A DNA stretch of 64,000 bases from Centroscyllium fabricii (Eukaryota): contig JBNRSN020000007.1 in the NCBI GenBank assembly GCA_051313645.2, forward strand, positions 98,518,001-98,582,000, read 5' to 3'. The position numbers were made by a program, and so were the translations under genes. This document shows positions 61,265-64,000 of this stretch, piece by piece (position 1 is the first letter of the stretch; each line of letters starts with the position of its first letter). A model generated the notes under the pieces. The model was not told where the DNA came from. It was given only the letters and a program-made list of their open reading frames with translations, and searched no databases.

Positions 61265-61670
61265 GTAGGTAAGTGAGCATGGGTGATGGGTGAACAGGAC
61301 TTGGTACGAGTTAGGATACAGGCAGCAGAGTTTTTGATAAGCTCCAGTTTACAGAGGGTGCAAGGTGATAAACCGTCCAGAAGAGCATTGGAATAGTTAA
61401 GGCTAGAGGTAACAAAGGCATAGATGAGGGTTTCAGCAGCAGATGAGCTGATGCACGGATGGAGACCAGTGATGTTACAGAGGTGGAAATAGGCAGTCTT
61501 GGTGATGGGCAAGATATGGGGATGGAAACTCAGCACAGAGTCAAATACAATGCCACTGTTGCGAACAGTTTGGTTCAGCCTCAGGCAGTGGCCAGGGGGC
61601 GGATGGAGTCGGTGGTTAGGGAACAGAGTTTGTGGCAGGGACCAAAGATAGAGGGCTTGAAATTTGCTGT
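61265..61670 (-). mobile_element. L2-type LINE fragment
   Basis: LIYAFVTSSLNYSNALL...KLELIKNSAA. Confidence 0.75.
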
Positions 61671-63032
61671 CCTGCGCCTGCCCGTTAGCACCCAAATTCA
61701 CAATTTCTGTTTACATGTGAGGGAGATATCCAAGGGGCAGACATCATAAATATCCAACATCATATTGTATTCTGTGGGTCTCCAGCATGTACTAGGCACT
61801 AAATGTTCTCTGTCAGAAATGCTGTTGCGCTTTGAGGAACAGTTATGTCTTACTGTGCAACAGCAGCTAGCAGTGGAATCTGATGAGAATGATTTTCGCC
61901 CAGTGTCTGAGGAGAAGCTGTCAATAGGCTGTGCTGGGCCCTGATTCAACCCCTTTCACATAATATTTTTTTGTTAATTGAAGACGGCACATGCAGTTGT
62001 TGGTGCTGTGATGGGAATGGTAAACAGCCTATAGGGCAGACAGTGAGCTTCGGAGCAGGATTGTGGCTGTCACTCCAGGGACAAGCCTGTGCACTGAACC
62101 CACAGTGGTCTGAGCCCAAATATTGCCCATTGTCAGACCCCACATCAATATCATTAGCATTGTGAGACGCCTCACTGAGTCTTTGAAAAAACAGGCATTA
62201 TAAAGTTCATTGTTGTTTAGAATACAATAATTTCGCACTTACCTGATACTGAAAAATCACCCGTCTGAAACTCGAGGAGCACCCAAACGTAGCAACGTGG
62301 TGATAACAGGTAGGATTTTTTTAAAGTTATCGGTAAGCATTTTCAGATGTAGTAATATAGATTTTGCAAAGAGCTGTGGCCTGTTAGAGATTAAATAAAG
62401 CCAGTAATGACGTTTAGAAACCAACTGTCAATCTATATTGGTTTATGTTTAAAAAAATAGCAATTCATGATTTCTTCCAAATCTCATGATTTTTAAGAGT
62501 TTGTCTCATGGTTTATGAGCCGGTAGGGTTGGCATTACTGCAAATTTTCCCACAGACGTTCTATGGGCTTTTGCACTGGAAGTTGCAGTAATTAGACGTG
62601 CCCTCTACAGGGGTTCTGAGACCTGTGTGAACAGGGCAAGCAATTGTGTATCTCCTTAACCAATCAGATTGAAGAATCCTTACTGAGCCTCGCAGAGTCT
62701 GAACCAGGAAGTGTAAGTTAGAACAGTTAATTCAATGCCCTATCATGTACAGAAAGCAAAATAAAGAAAGAGAAAGAAAGATGGGATTAAGAGAGAGAGA
62801 GATAAAAGAGACAGAAAAAAAGTAAAACAAATATTTTTATTTAAATGTTTTAATTTTTTTAAATCGTCAACAATTATTCAAATCTGAAGGAATGAGATTC
62901 CACTCTTGCAAAAGTTAATTTTCAGTGCCAGAGAGGTTGTTTGGCAGTAATTAAGACGTATCACGCCATTAAAAATTCACTTAGACTGGAATGGACAAGC
63001 CTTAACTTTTTCTGGTGTGTTTAATGGGTATC

Positions 63033-64000
63033 ATAGAATCATAGAAATTTTACAGTGCGGATAAGGGCCATTCGGCCCATCCAGTCCGCACCGGCCCAGA
63101 AAAACTCCTCACTGTTCTAACCCCAGTTGCCCGCACCTGGCCCATAACCCTGTATGTTATGGTCCTTCATGTGCTGGTCCAAGTATTTTTTAAATGTTGT
63201 GATGGTTCCTGCCTCCACCACCCTCACAGGCAGGGAGTTCCAGTCTTCCACCACCCTCTGGGTAAAGAAATTTCTCCTTACCTCCCCCCTAAACCTCCCC
63301 CCCCTGTTCTTGAATCTATGTCCCCTAGTGCTTGACTCTCCCACCAGGGGAAACAATGCCCCTTTGTCTACCCTATCGTGTCCCCTCATGATCTTGTACA
63401 CCTCAATCATGTCACCCCTCCACCTTCTTTTTTCCAAGGCAAACAACCCCAGCCTGTCCAGCCTTTCCTCGTAGCATAGGTCCGCCAGACCAGGTATCAT
63501 CCTGGTAAACCTTCTCTGCACCCTCTCCAGGGCAGCCACATCCTTCCTGTAGTGCGGTGACCAGAACTGCACACAGTACTCCAGCTGAGGTCTCACCAGT
63601 GTGTTATACAGGTTTAACATTACCTCCCTACTTTTGTATACTATGCCCTGGTTAATAAAGGCGAGAATTCCGTATGCCTTCTTAACCACCTTGTTAACGT
63701 GTCCAGCAACCTTCAGGGAGCTGTGCACCTGTACCCCCAGGTCCCTCTGCTCCTCGGTCCTATTTAACGTTTTGTTGTTCATGGTATATTCCCTTACCCC
63801 ATTTGGTCTACCGAATTGAATGACCTCGCATTTCTCTGGGTTGAACTCCATTTGCCATTTTTCTGCCCAATTAACCATTATATCTATATCCTCCTGAAGC
63901 CCCTTACTATCCTCATCGTTGTTTACCACCCTTCCGATTTTCGTATCATCAGCGAATTTGCTGATCGTACCCCCTACTCCCATATCCAAATCGTTGATGT
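63033..64000 (-). mobile_element. CR1 LINE 3' end, open frame, runs off the window
   Basis: 290-aa ORF: KFADDTK, LVRPQLEYCVQFWSP, RGDMIEVYK, WNSLP; (ATTCTATG)-type tail. Confidence 0.9.

Overview
Vertebrate genomic DNA, most likely from a cartilaginous fish (inferred from V-SINE/HE1-type and Deu/SacSINE1-type SINEs, CR1 tails and Penelope pseudo-LTRs). The only host gene I can support is the 3' end of BCORL1 on the + strand: four exons (4143-4288, 8329-8406, 22214-22361, 23017-23311) encoding the last ankyrin repeats, linker and PUFD domain, followed by a probably long 3' UTR. The rest is layered transposons: PIF/Harbinger (two near full-length decayed elements with transposase and spliced Myb/SANT genes, plus many MITEs), four Tigger/pogo-like MITEs, CR1, L2, Rex1/Babar, Penelope with hammerhead ribozyme motifs, and three Ty3/Gypsy elements, one nested in another. 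The strongest leads are: (1) Tigger-like MITEs with shared termini but different CpG-rich interiors built from housekeeping-promoter motifs (NRF1, YY1, NF-Y, PBX/PREP, SP, ETS, RFX); (2) two Gypsy families with no tRNA primer site but a covarying 13-nt complement to their own LTR poly(A) signal, suggesting self-priming; (3) YY1-motif arrays overprinted on gag coding repeats; (4) two nested Gypsy elements that each lost RT; (5) a hairpin array inside an LTR-like element. All calls come from reading the sequence by eye; no searches were run, and boundaries of old repeats are approximate.
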